DNA from: Gammaproteobacteria bacterium
Lineage (GTDB): Bacteria; Pseudomonadota; Gammaproteobacteria; JBCCGL01
Direction: 5' to 3'
Assembly (NCBI GenBank): GCA_965277715.1
Contig: OZ255836.1
Span: 2,432,001-2,496,000 of the forward strand
DNA: 64,000 nucleotides
Shown one piece after another: positions 28,601-38,158 of this stretch (its first letter is position 1; the number at the start of each line of letters is the position of its first letter). The position numbers and the translations under genes are program-made. The notes beneath the pieces are model-generated. The model was not told the origin of the DNA. It worked only from the letters and a program-made list of their open reading frames with translations, and did not search any database.

Positions 28601-30756
28601 TCAAAGCTTCTCCTGTCACCATTGGGCTCGATGACTGTAACAAGATTTCCGGCTGCATCATGCTCGAATTGCGTAATCCGACCCAGAGGATCCGTAATAC
28701 GATTTATTTTCTCATTGCTGTACTGCAAGCTATAAAATTTGCCAGTAGGGTCCAATATTTCAATTAGACGCTGCTGCACATCGTATCGATAACGGGTACT
28801 GTTATCATTTCTATCCAGCATTTCGACCAGTAACCCAGCGCGATCAAATCGATAGCGATCACCATTTGGCATGCGCCGCTCTAATGTACCGTCCGTTTGG
28901 CGGCTTAAAATGGAAAAGTCCGCTCCGGGAGAAGTAAATGCACCGCGCTGCCCCGAAACAGGCGTAAATACCATGCTGTTAGAGCTGCCATCAGTTAGTA
29001 GAACACGGCCACTGACATGCCCCTCATACAAACGCTGTAAACCACGTAACGCCCAACCCGCGCCAAACACGCTGTCTTGGGCGTTATTGACTATCACTTC
29101 TCCAGTAACAGTTTCCGATCTTCGTGATATAGGAAAGTAACAAGCAATATCAATTTCATAGTCATAAAGACCCGTAGAAAATGCACTGGCATCAAACTGC
29201 AAGGACTGACGTGTCGGCTCAAATTGACCCCGTATGTTGCTAGGTTCAATGCGCACTTCGCTATGCAGCGTCCGCCCCGTAATGACACCACCAACACTTA
29301 AATTCAAAGACATGCTGTCTGGCGGTGGCGCCTGATTGCCGAAACCAGTTACTAAAGGCAGGATAGGACTAGGATCTGCCGCATTTGTATTGTATTCGAG
29401 AGTCAAGGTACGCGTTCGTTGCAAACTATAGTAAGTGGGCAGTGTATGGCTTTCACTAAGATTACCAGTTTCCTTATTAATGACACACGCACCGGATTCA
29501 CCACTGCTGCCACTATCACCACTCCCTGCACCGGGGCCACCACCGCCGCTACCACAACCGCTACCTGAGCTACTATTACTGCTATCCGAACCAGGCTCGC
29601 TCATTGGGGGTTGCGGCACAACTCCATGCCAGGAATTGGCGTGTACAACGCCACCAATTGAATCAATAGTTTGGCCATCACTACTGACCAAACCCTCACC
29701 TACTTTTTCAAACTCACCCGTATCGTGGTTTAAACCAAAAAAGTCCATGCGTGAACCCGGTGGAAAATTTTCAAGATTCGGAAAACTAATCGGCACAGGC
29801 TCTGGGTAACTCACACCAAATGGCTGTATAGCAATATAAACCGAAAGACCTATATCTTCTGGCAATGGCCGTGGCCCAAGCGCTGGATCGTGTATAGCGC
29901 TAATACTGATATCCCCAACAAATGGCTGCCCGGTTTGGTCATTGATGGCCATTCCTGGCGGGATCATCAACGTAACTGGCTCCTCCACATCGGTAAATGG
30001 ACTACTCATCGGGCTACTGGTAATCATGGATATTTGTGTGGGGTTGACTGTATCGGCGCTGGCAATGTCAAGTGGTAATAGGTAAATAGGCGGGGTGAGG
30101 TGATTACGTGCTCCGGGAATCAACTCAATTTGCTCAGGTACGGTTGCAAACTGACCAAGGCTGATATCGACACTGCTACCATCCACTAACAACCTAACGC
30201 TACCAGAAGCAGGGATATTATCGAGAAGGTAGTCCCCATTTTCATCCGTTGTCACCTCGACACCTGCAATCTCTAATCTCACTCCAGGCAGTGGAGTATC
30301 AGCAGTGCTGAGCACTCGACCGTAGAGCTGTGTCACTCCGACAGGCTCTGGCACGGTAATAGTTAGCGATTGCTGAGTATGAAAACGACCATCACTAGCA
30401 GATACCACTAACCCATGTGTACCCACCTGGGTAACTGCAGGTGTAAATCGTAACGTGCCAGTGTGCGTGTCAAAAGCCATATTATTTGGCAATGGCATGG
30501 GGCTGGCATCATAGGTGATAGTTGCGCCCTCGGGGTCGGTAGCACTTAGTTGTAATACCAATGTGTCACCCAATGGCGCGTTTTGATCCTGAACAGCGGC
30601 AAATACTGGTGGCAAATTGCCTGGATCATATGCCACTTCGACGGTGAACTTCTGCGTAACCCGGTGCCCGTATCCATCCTCGACAACCGCCGTTACCGGC
30701 GCCGTTTGCACCACAACTGGTGTCCAACTAATTACACCTTGGGCATCGATATACAT
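25621..30756 (-). CDS. Large Rhs/YD-repeat polymorphic toxin with Ig-like and carboxypeptidase-regulatory-like N-terminal domains
   Basis: ISWTP and LRFTP Ig repeats; GRVL...PLPGV.L; many YD repeats; Rhs core HTDHL.TP, NLRFAGQY, DPIG...DIYGL; variable CT. Confidence 0.93.
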   Translation of the reverse strand: MYIDAQGVISWTPVVVQTAPVTAVVEDGYGHRVTQKFTVEVAYDPGNLPPVFAAVQDQNAPLGDTLVLQLSATDPEGATITYDASPMPLPNNMAFDTHTGTLRFTPAVTQVGTHGLVVSASDGRFHTQQSLTITVPEPVGVTQLYGRVLSTADTPLPGVRLEIAGVEVTTDENGDYLLDNIPASGSVRLLVDGSSVDISLGQFATVPEQIELIPGARNHLTPPIYLLPLDIASADTVNPTQISMITSSPMSSPFTDVEEPVTLMIPPGMAINDQTGQPFVGDISISAIHDPALGPRPLPEDIGLSVYIAIQPFGVSYPEPVPISFPNLENFPPGSRMDFFGLNHDTGEFEKVGEGLVSSDGQTIDSIGGVVHANSWHGVVPQPPMSEPGSDSSNSSSGSGCGSGGGGPGAGSGDSGSSGESGACVINKETGNLSESHTLPTYYSLQRTRTLTLEYNTNAADPSPILPLVTGFGNQAPPPDSMSLNLSVGGVITGRTLHSEVRIEPSNIRGQFEPTRQSLQFDASAFSTGLYDYEIDIACYFPISRRSETVTGEVIVNNAQDSVFGAGWALRGLQRLYEGHVSGRVLLTDGSSNSMVFTPVSGQRGAFTSPGADFSILSRQTDGTLERRMPNGDRYRFDRAGLLVEMLDRNDNSTRYRYDVQQRLIEILDPTGKFYSLQYSNEKINRITDPLGRITQFEHDAAGNLVTVIEPNGDRRSFEYQSGQAHLMSAQTDQRGNTKRYEYDFSGRVKRAHLPDGSTLSFQISHVIGLLDSDAETASPTQLADGPPLNRDVENIYIDPNGNRVIQETDDRNYPTRVTDFLHRTTTIERDENSLPVSTTRPNGSIMEKDFDALGNILRIQESFNQAAYNYTYDKHSLLTKITNPRGHTTNWIRDEKGNATSITNHLGHTTTMSYDTRGLVTRMVDPVGLDTAYFYNNQGLVERVVETPPANEAGNVKITQYSYDEAGQNTQTITPDGIVMTFVYDAKGRLSSVTDNLGQQIRMVYDAYNNLIKTDSLNRDSSLALTLQQYFDNRNRLERIAVPHTDDEDSITRFGWDKNNNSISVTDPNGNTESDSYDRADRKISNVHRLSGTTRYAYDTRDQVTEVVAPNSVTTRYEYDLLARRTKESSSDRGEIRYSYDLVNNLTRMTDARGIVVDYIYDELERLVSKTFPDSSENVTYTYDNCPYGTGRLCGVEDESGTYSYAYDAHGNVVSMTKVELSQEYVTRYRYDNGDNLIGMTYPSGRAITINRDGVRRVDSIGAEINGSDHTVANGITYRGDNRLLSCTIGNGLQESRSYDLQGRLVSQNTGAIDSRNYSYDANGNILSRTTTPQDSGYQYDALDRLIDDRIKGGTSDSYGYDLNGNRTSRVRNDLEMTRYDYSPDSNRLNFVEKRFRGNNAVVPVQPSQTRTYNDANRWDQLFIEGALKATYIHNAMGQRTRKVVVNTDNTISTTVYHYDFQGMLISETNERGEPIKDYIWLDYAPIAQIEYDAIADSDTIYYLHTDHLMTPRFATDSGGNIVWRWEGEAFGDTLSKSDPDGNGKDVVVNLRFAGQYFDQETDLHYNYFRTYDPTTGRYTQSDPIGLNGGFNTYGYVQGNPLYWSDIYGLFGASTFFPAHTAPMMRNPYGGSTNSQIQHANTINLVRNIAADLGYLSIPAGPVYVAFPIKSGIKFSGKIGASNFPIPDEDGRFPAIPYLGNRTSGNPHCK

Positions 30757-30957
30757 ACCTATACATCCGCATGCGAGAGTGCGAGACGCAGGGTTTGGTT
30801 GGTAACCATTTGAAATAGCATATAAAAAAATACTTTTTTCGTTTAACCACGGTCATTACGGAAGCATTTAAAACGCGTGTAATAGCGCCCTATCTTCAGT
30901 ACATTAGATGCCCGTAACTGACGCCATTGATTATTAAATTTAACCAGGCAAACCACT

Positions 30958-31881
30958 ATGCCAAACAGCCGTGCCCGACCCTATCTACTCATTCTGATCG
31001 CCGGTATTATCTGGGGCAGTACCTTTTCGCTGATATTAATCGCCACCCAGGATGGCACGCATCCGCTGGCGCTCGCGACCTGGCAATCACTCATCAGCGC
31101 CGTGGTGTTCGCCATTTTTTGCCTGGCAACCCGTGTAACTTTGTTCAGCATTGCACAGCTTCGCCATTACTCAGTACTCGCGGTTATCGGCATCTGTGCG
31201 CCCAATTTACTCTACTACAACGCGGCCCCCCATTTATCGGCGGGCATTCTCTCCATTACCATCGCCACAGTACCGTTGTTCACTTACGCAATTATGTGGT
31301 TGATGCGCTATGAGTCGCTACAGACAAAACGGGTACTGGGCGTGATACTCGGTATGCTGGCAATTTTATTACTGGTACTACCCGATCAGGGCTTAAACAG
31401 TGATGATGCCAGTTTCTGGATTTTGTTAGTGGTGTTATGCGCGATTTTTTATGCCACTGAAAACGTCTATATTGCTGTTGGCGTCAGCGATGATATTGAT
31501 ATACGTGAAATATTGTGTGGTTCAAATATACTTGCCGCAATTGTGTTGGTGCCCATCACTTTATGGCTGGATGTCAGCACACCGGTTAGTTGGTTGTTGA
31601 CACCTTCAGGGTGGGCGATCTCCGCCACGGCGGTTTTAAGCGTATTGGCTTACACGCTGTTTTTCTACGCAATCAGAACGTCAGGCCCGGTGTTTGCCAG
31701 CCAGTGCGCCTATGTCGTGACTCTTTCGGGTGTTATCTGGGGCATTATTATTTTTTCTGAACAACACACGGTGTGGATATGGTTATCTGTATTGGTAATG
31801 ATGGTGGGTATGGCACTTGTCACGCCCTCAAAACACGATAAAAATACATCAATTGATAACCACACGGGTGAATGCAGGTGA
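30958..31881 (+). CDS. DMT/EamA family transporter
   Basis: About 10 TM segments in two EamA repeats (IWGSTF...). Confidence 0.9.
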   Translation: MPNSRARPYLLILIAGIIWGSTFSLILIATQDGTHPLALATWQSLISAVVFAIFCLATRVTLFSIAQLRHYSVLAVIGICAPNLLYYNAAPHLSAGILSITIATVPLFTYAIMWLMRYESLQTKRVLGVILGMLAILLLVLPDQGLNSDDASFWILLVVLCAIFYATENVYIAVGVSDDIDIREILCGSNILAAIVLVPITLWLDVSTPVSWLLTPSGWAISATAVLSVLAYTLFFYAIRTSGPVFASQCAYVVTLSGVIWGIIIFSEQHTVWIWLSVLVMMVGMALVTPSKHDKNTSIDNHTGECR

Positions 31882-33884
31882 GTGAATATATTGGCCAAAG
31901 CTGGCATGAAATCGAGCATTTCTCTATCCCTTTAAAAAATGGCTGCACGCTCAGCGCCCGCGCATGGATGCCCACTAGCGCCGCAACGACCCCGGCGCCC
32001 GCCATCTTGGAATACCTGCCGTACCGCAAGCGCGACGGCACAGCCCCACGCGATGAATCAACCTATCCGGTATTTGCCGCCGCCGGTTACGCCGGTATCC
32101 GCGTGGATATTTCCGGTACGGGCGAATCCGATGGCGACTTCGACGACGAGTACTCACCCCGCGAACTGGCGCAGGGTGTTGAGGTGATCGAATGGATCGC
32201 CGCGCAGCCCTGGTGCAGCGGCGCTGTGGGCATGATGGGCATCTCCTGGGGCGGTTTCAACAGCTTGCAAATCGCCGCGTTAAGCCCACCGGCACTCAAG
32301 GCTGTCATCGCCATTGGCACCACTGTGGATCGCTACAATGATGATATTCACTACAAAAACGGTTGCCTGTTGTATTCAAATTTCTGGTGGTCAAGTGTCA
32401 TGCTGTGCTACGCCTCGCGCCCGCCAGACCCACTGCTGGTGGGTGAAAAATGGCGCGATATGTGGTTGCACCGTTTAAATACGCAGCCGTTCCCATTGGC
32501 CATTTGGCTGGCACACCAGCGACGTGACGACTTTTGGCGGCACGGGTCCATTTGTGAAAACTACGCCGCTATCACCGCGCCCGCACTGGTCATTAGCGGC
32601 TGGGCAGATGGATACCTCAACGCACCGCCCGCCGCAGTAGAAAACCTCAGTGCCTGCGCTAAAGCGATTAACGGCCCCTGGATTCATAAATACCCCCACT
32701 TTGCCTACCCCCACCCGCGCATGGATTTTCATGCAGAGGCATTGCGTTGGTGGGATCACTGCCTAAAAGGTATCGACAACAATATCGAATCACTGCCCGA
32801 CTACCGCGCCTACATTTCTGAAAATGTACGACCATTGAAACGGCGTGACCAGGAACCAGGGCGCTGGGTGGCAGAACAACAATGGCCCCCGGCAAATAAA
32901 TCGACCCAAACACATTACCTGGCCGAATATGGGCAGATGGCTACGTCACCACCGGCCCCCAAACTCCTGTCTATTTGTTCACCGCTGGATTGCGGCACCG
33001 CCAGCGGCGAGATCTTCACCTTGAAGCCAGATGCTGATATGCAAAGCGATCAACGCATAGACGATGCGGGGTCGCTTTGTTTCGATACAGAGATTTTAGG
33101 TGAGGCAATTGAAATACTTGGCCGCCCCATTATTCGTCTGCGCGTCGCTATCGATAAACCATTAGGCAACCTCGCCGTGCGATTAATCGACGTACACCCG
33201 GACGGCGTTGGTTTTCGCGTTAGCTGGGGAGCCATCAACCTCGCACACCGCAACGGCAACGAACACCCGGTACCTATGACACCCGGTGAATATGCCGACA
33301 TTGAACTGGTTTTGGACGAATGCGGTTACCGTTTTTTAACCGGGCATAAACTGCGCATAGCGATTTCAACCAGCTATTGGCCGATGCTGATGCCGCCCCC
33401 GGAAGCGGCCACGGCAACCATCGAACTGGGCGGCAACACCGCCATTACCCTGCCCGTACGGGAAGGGGGAGACGAACACTCCGTGCCAGAACCGGAAAAC
33501 CAACACCCACTGCCCGACTACCCCATGCACAAGGCAGCGCATTGCGAGCGCCGCGTTGACCGCGACCTGCAAAACCACAGCACACGCTACCTCATCGTCG
33601 ATGACACAGGTGAAGACGAAATGCCAGGCCACGGTTTGCGCACGCGCCACCGCCATGAAAGCCAGTGGTCTATCGCCCTCGACGACCCACTCAGTGCCCA
33701 ATCACACAGTGTTTACACCTGCTGGATGTCGCGCACAGACTGGTCGATTCGCACCGAATCAGAAAGCGAATGGGCCTGTGATACCACCCATTTTCACATC
33801 AAAGCCCGTGTATCGGCGTTTGAAAATGACCGGCTAATTAATCAACGCGAATGGAAACAGTCGATTTTGCGTGATGGTATGTAA
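31872..33884 (+). CDS. CocE/NonD family hydrolase (peptidase S15-like)
   Basis: LEYLPYRKRD, GTGESDG, GISWGGF, GWADGY, GPW.H.YP. Confidence 0.93.
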   Translation: MQVSEYIGQSWHEIEHFSIPLKNGCTLSARAWMPTSAATTPAPAILEYLPYRKRDGTAPRDESTYPVFAAAGYAGIRVDISGTGESDGDFDDEYSPRELAQGVEVIEWIAAQPWCSGAVGMMGISWGGFNSLQIAALSPPALKAVIAIGTTVDRYNDDIHYKNGCLLYSNFWWSSVMLCYASRPPDPLLVGEKWRDMWLHRLNTQPFPLAIWLAHQRRDDFWRHGSICENYAAITAPALVISGWADGYLNAPPAAVENLSACAKAINGPWIHKYPHFAYPHPRMDFHAEALRWWDHCLKGIDNNIESLPDYRAYISENVRPLKRRDQEPGRWVAEQQWPPANKSTQTHYLAEYGQMATSPPAPKLLSICSPLDCGTASGEIFTLKPDADMQSDQRIDDAGSLCFDTEILGEAIEILGRPIIRLRVAIDKPLGNLAVRLIDVHPDGVGFRVSWGAINLAHRNGNEHPVPMTPGEYADIELVLDECGYRFLTGHKLRIAISTSYWPMLMPPPEAATATIELGGNTAITLPVREGGDEHSVPEPENQHPLPDYPMHKAAHCERRVDRDLQNHSTRYLIVDDTGEDEMPGHGLRTRHRHESQWSIALDDPLSAQSHSVYTCWMSRTDWSIRTESESEWACDTTHFHIKARVSAFENDRLINQREWKQSILRDGM

Positions 33885-33893
33885 GCCTCAGCG

Positions 33894-34033
33894 TTATCTA
33901 ACCAACTCTGCCTGCGCCATCACTGGCTGTATTTCTTCCCGAACAGCCTGACGTACAATCTTTAACATAGACTGTTGTTGCATATAGTCTGTGGGGGCAT
34001 GATTAATCAGTGTTTGGTAATTACCGCCGCCTG
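33894..34033 (-). pseudogene. BrnA-type antitoxin C-terminal remnant
   Basis: AGGGNYQTLINHA..DYMQQQ.ML.IVRQAVREE resembles the BrnA YQTxIN motif; no start or N-terminus. Confidence 0.45.
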
Positions 34034-34044
34034 CAAGGAAAAAC

Positions 34045-35604
34045 TCACGACCCCACCAACAACGACCGCCCCTGCATTTCAACAGGCTGCTCCACCCCCA
34101 TAAGCTGCAAAACAGTCGGCGCAATCGACGACAACCCACCACCATTCGCCAACCGCCACACCTCGCGATCAATCACCATACAGGGAACGGGAAACGTCGT
34201 GTGCTGCGTATGCGGCCCATGTGTCAATGGATCGACCATCATGTCACAATTGCCGTGATCAGCGGTCAACACCACCGAATACCCCTGCGCACGCGCCGCT
34301 TCAATCACCCGACCCGCCTGACTATCCAGTGTCTCCACTGCCTTAACGGCTGCCGACCAAACACCCGTATGGCCCACCATATCGCCATTGGCAAAATTGA
34401 CCACGACAAAACCGTATCGATTGGACTCCAAAGCATCGATCACCGCATCGGCGAGCGCAGACGCACTCATCTCGGGTTGTAAGTCATAAGTAGTCACATC
34501 TGGCGAGGGGATCAACGCACGCGACTCACCTGTATAGGGCGTTTCCCGGCCCCCATTAAAGAAAAACGTCACGTGCGGATACTTCTCCGTTTCTGAGGCG
34601 TGAAACTGCGCTATGCCAGCCGCTTCAAGCAGCGCACCCAGAGTAACGGCCGGTACTTCCTTATCAAAAGCAACCGGAAACGGGTAATCCGATTGGTATT
34701 GTGTCATGGTCGTCAATAACACCGGCTCAAACTCGAAGGCTTCTCCATCAGTACAAACCAGATTGCGATCGAAATGGCAGAAGTCAGCCAATGCCAATGC
34801 CTCACTCAGTTCGCGTGGACGGTCATTGCGAAAATTGAAAAACACCACCTGATCACCACCGGCCATCGCCTCAAAGGCGGGCAGAATAATAGGCTGGATA
34901 AACTCATCGCCCTCACCTGATGCCCAGGCGGAGGCAATACCGTCTGCGGCATTGGGTGCGCTGCGCCCCTCGCCCTTTACCAGCGCCGCCCAGGCAGTGC
35001 GCACACGCTCCCAGCGTTTGTCTCTATCCATCGCGTAAAACCGCCCACATATACTGGCTATCCCACCACCCGCCTCACTCAGCGCGGTTTCCAGTGCAGG
35101 CAAAAATTGATTGGCGCACTGCGGTGAGGTGTCCCGGCCATCGGTAATCATATGCAACAGTGGCCTGACCCCTTCACGCCTGCTCAGTTCAATAAGCCCC
35201 AACAGATGGTTGAGGTGGCTGTGTACCCCACCGTCAGATACCAGGCCCAGTAAATGCAAGGGGCGACCGCTGTGTTTTGCCGCACGCGCAGCGGCCCGTA
35301 GCGCCGTATTTTCATAGAAGCTGGCATCGTCGATAGCAGCGCTGATAGCCACCAGATCCTGGCGCAGGATACTGCCGCAACCCAGTGTCATATGCCCTAC
35401 TTCAGAGTTGCCCATTTGCCCCTCTGGCAGGCCCACCGCCGGGCCTGATGTTTCGATTGTGGTCATTGGATTGCGTGAAAATAACGCATCAAAATTGGGT
35501 GTATCGGCAGCGATAACAGCGTTATCCCGCTTGGCCGGGTTAACCCCAAAACCGTCGAGGATAACCAGCAAAGTGGGCTGCCGTGGTGCGCGTGATTCAA
35601 GCAT
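34045..35604 (-). CDS. gpmI: 2,3-BPG-independent phosphoglycerate mutase
   Basis: LVILDGFG, GQMGNSEVGH, GR.YAMDRD, ETEKYPHVTFFFNGG, DMVGHTG, TADHGN. Confidence 0.97.
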   Translation of the reverse strand: MLESRAPRQPTLLVILDGFGVNPAKRDNAVIAADTPNFDALFSRNPMTTIETSGPAVGLPEGQMGNSEVGHMTLGCGSILRQDLVAISAAIDDASFYENTALRAAARAAKHSGRPLHLLGLVSDGGVHSHLNHLLGLIELSRREGVRPLLHMITDGRDTSPQCANQFLPALETALSEAGGGIASICGRFYAMDRDKRWERVRTAWAALVKGEGRSAPNAADGIASAWASGEGDEFIQPIILPAFEAMAGGDQVVFFNFRNDRPRELSEALALADFCHFDRNLVCTDGEAFEFEPVLLTTMTQYQSDYPFPVAFDKEVPAVTLGALLEAAGIAQFHASETEKYPHVTFFFNGGRETPYTGESRALIPSPDVTTYDLQPEMSASALADAVIDALESNRYGFVVVNFANGDMVGHTGVWSAAVKAVETLDSQAGRVIEAARAQGYSVVLTADHGNCDMMVDPLTHGPHTQHTTFPVPCMVIDREVWRLANGGGLSSIAPTVLQLMGVEQPVEMQGRSLLVGS

Positions 35605-35622
35605 ATAAGTACCTATTAAAAA

Positions 35623-37818
35623 CTATTGATCGGTATCGTCAGTAATCAAACGCGTACTGCGGTGAAAGGTTAAATACGCCCAAATCCATTCCATCGCCAC
35701 GGACAGACGATTGCGCGCCCCAACCAGAAAAAGTATGTGCACCACGCCCCACAGCCACCAGGCCAGCGGGCCGCTGAATTTAATCCAGCCGAAGTCGACC
35801 ACCGCCGACTGGCGGCCAATCGTGGCGAGGTTGCCGATATGCTGATAGCGAAACGGGGGCGGCCCACGGCGCAGCTCAATAGCGGCGGCAATGGCGCTGG
35901 CAACGTAGACCCCACCCTGCTTGGCGGCGGGTGCAAGGCCCGGCACCGGGTTGCCATTCCAGGCGTTTACCAGGGCGGTATCACCAACGGCAAAAATTTC
36001 TGCGTATCCAGGCAGCGACATATCTTCACCGACAACCAATCGCCCGGCCCGGTCAGACTCGCCCTCCACCCACTGCGCAGCAGGTGATGCCGCAACACCC
36101 GCCGCCCAGAAAACAGACTCTGCGGGTACATGCACATCGCCGATATGCACACCACCGGCATCGATCTGCTCAACCCGGCAGTTCAGCATTACCTCCACAC
36201 CCATCGATTGCAGCGAGTGCAATGCCACTTCAGAGAGTTTCTCCGGGAACGGCGGCAGCAGGCGTGCCCCTGATTGCACCAGAATCACACGCGCTGTCGC
36301 GGGATCAATTTTCTCGAACTCGCCGGTCATGCCATGCCGGGATAATTCGACGATAGCGCCCGCCAACTCAACCCCCGTGGGGCCACCGCCGACGATGACA
36401 AAGGTCAGCAGCTTGCGCTGAAGCTCTGGATCGTCGATGTTTTCTGCACGTTCGAAAGTGCTCAACAGGCGCGTACGCACCGCCGTGGCGTCTTCGATGC
36501 GCTTCAAGCCCGGCGCAAAGGGCGCCCATTCATCGCGCCCAAAATAACTGTGCCTGGCGCCCGTGGCGAGCACCAGATAATCGTAGTAAATCGACTGCCC
36601 ATCCATATCGACATAACGGTTTTCCTTGTCGACCGCCCGTACTTCACCGTATAACACACGCGCATTGGCCTGCCCGCGCATCAAACTGCGGATCGGTGTG
36701 GCAATATCAGAGGGCGACAACCCAGCGGTGGCAATTTGGTACAGCAATGGTTGAAAAAGGTGGTAGTTGTGTTTGTCGATCAGCGTGACGCGGCACGCCG
36801 TATGGCGCAGCTTGCGCGCCGTGGTTAGCCCGGCAAAGCCCGCCCCGACGATCACCACATGCGGCAATTGATCCAGCGGCCCGGCGGGCATGCCGTAGAG
36901 CTGGGGAAAACGCTTACGGCTTATGCGGTTCAGCACACCATCTGCGGCGATGGCACCGGCACCGTGCAACAATAAGATAACCGACAAAATCAGCGTGTAG
37001 AAATAGTCATTCTGCAAGAGTGGCGCCACACTGCCATCAGACCAGGCAAACAACAACAACACCCCCATCAGGCAACTGGCTGCACGCACGATCAAGCCCA
37101 ATACCAATAGCACCGCTACGGCATAAGTCAGCCCGTCGATCAGCAGGCTGGCACCGCTCTGAGGGAAAAATGGTACGGCAAACTGGAAATGTAAAAAGGT
37201 CGACTGCACCGTATCAGGCACTGCCTGCGACTGCACACCGAGCAATAACAGGCAGGCGAGAAACAGACGCAGCAACAATAAAAATGTCGGCTGAATCGCA
37301 GTTTTACAATACGCCAGCGCGGTGTTCAGTTGCCTGGAAAACGGCAGCGCCGTATCGACAATACCGCGCCCAATAAAATGATCCAGCGAAATCGGCCCCG
37401 CGCCACGCACGGCATACCAGGCAAATAATACCGCCCAGAACACATGCTCATTGAGGGCCTGGTATTCGAGCTGTACCACTAAGCACAAAACCAGCAGCGG
37501 CAGAGCGGCAAGACGCGTGGCAAAGCCAAATACCAGCAATACAGGGGCAATCAGTTCAATGCTGATACCGAGGTAGGCAGCCGTCACCGGATCCATCCAC
37601 GAAACCGGGTACTCGTAGCGTGATAAATTGAGCGCCGTTTGCCAGTCGGCAATTTTTATTAACCCGGACACCCAGAACGACTGCGCCAGAAAGATCCGTA
37701 GCGCCAAATCAAAAAAGGGATGCGCCGCAACGCCTGCGACCGAGAAATAATCGCGTACCGCACCGATATGGCTGGCCCACCGGCTGTTCGATGTGTACTT
37801 TATGTTCTTGCTTCTCAT
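35623..37818 (-). CDS. DoxX-domain / type II NADH dehydrogenase fusion
   Basis: N-terminal DoxX (FWVSGLIK, ELIAPVLL..G..TR, GAGPISLD); C-terminal NDH-2 (VVIVGAGFAG, FQPLLYQ, GGGPTGVE, WAAGV, GNLATIGR). Confidence 0.88.
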   Translation of the reverse strand: MRSKNIKYTSNSRWASHIGAVRDYFSVAGVAAHPFFDLALRIFLAQSFWVSGLIKIADWQTALNLSRYEYPVSWMDPVTAAYLGISIELIAPVLLVFGFATRLAALPLLVLCLVVQLEYQALNEHVFWAVLFAWYAVRGAGPISLDHFIGRGIVDTALPFSRQLNTALAYCKTAIQPTFLLLLRLFLACLLLLGVQSQAVPDTVQSTFLHFQFAVPFFPQSGASLLIDGLTYAVAVLLVLGLIVRAASCLMGVLLLFAWSDGSVAPLLQNDYFYTLILSVILLLHGAGAIAADGVLNRISRKRFPQLYGMPAGPLDQLPHVVIVGAGFAGLTTARKLRHTACRVTLIDKHNYHLFQPLLYQIATAGLSPSDIATPIRSLMRGQANARVLYGEVRAVDKENRYVDMDGQSIYYDYLVLATGARHSYFGRDEWAPFAPGLKRIEDATAVRTRLLSTFERAENIDDPELQRKLLTFVIVGGGPTGVELAGAIVELSRHGMTGEFEKIDPATARVILVQSGARLLPPFPEKLSEVALHSLQSMGVEVMLNCRVEQIDAGGVHIGDVHVPAESVFWAAGVAASPAAQWVEGESDRAGRLVVGEDMSLPGYAEIFAVGDTALVNAWNGNPVPGLAPAAKQGGVYVASAIAAAIELRRGPPPFRYQHIGNLATIGRQSAVVDFGWIKFSGPLAWWLWGVVHILFLVGARNRLSVAMEWIWAYLTFHRSTRLITDDTDQ

Positions 37819-38158
37819 TTGATTTTCCCGCCTATAAAAACGGCTGTATATCGACAGCAATTTATTGCTGCTGCTGAATAATTTCTATTGCTACGTGTAA
37901 TTGTAGTCCGCGTTGCACACTCATTGGAATCCTTACACTGCCCAAATGACACTGAGCGGCGACAAAAGCGGAGAATATAGTACACCGTCCACTTTCTATT
38001 GGCAGGTTCAGTGTTGCGTTGTTGACGCTGAACAAGACGCACTGGCGCGACATAGTGGTTCTATGGCAAGCTAGTGCGCTAGCTGAATCCGTCAATATAA
38101 GTTAGACGGTGTACCAGAGTAGCGCCCCTTCAGACGGTGGTTCGCCCCATCGCCAATA

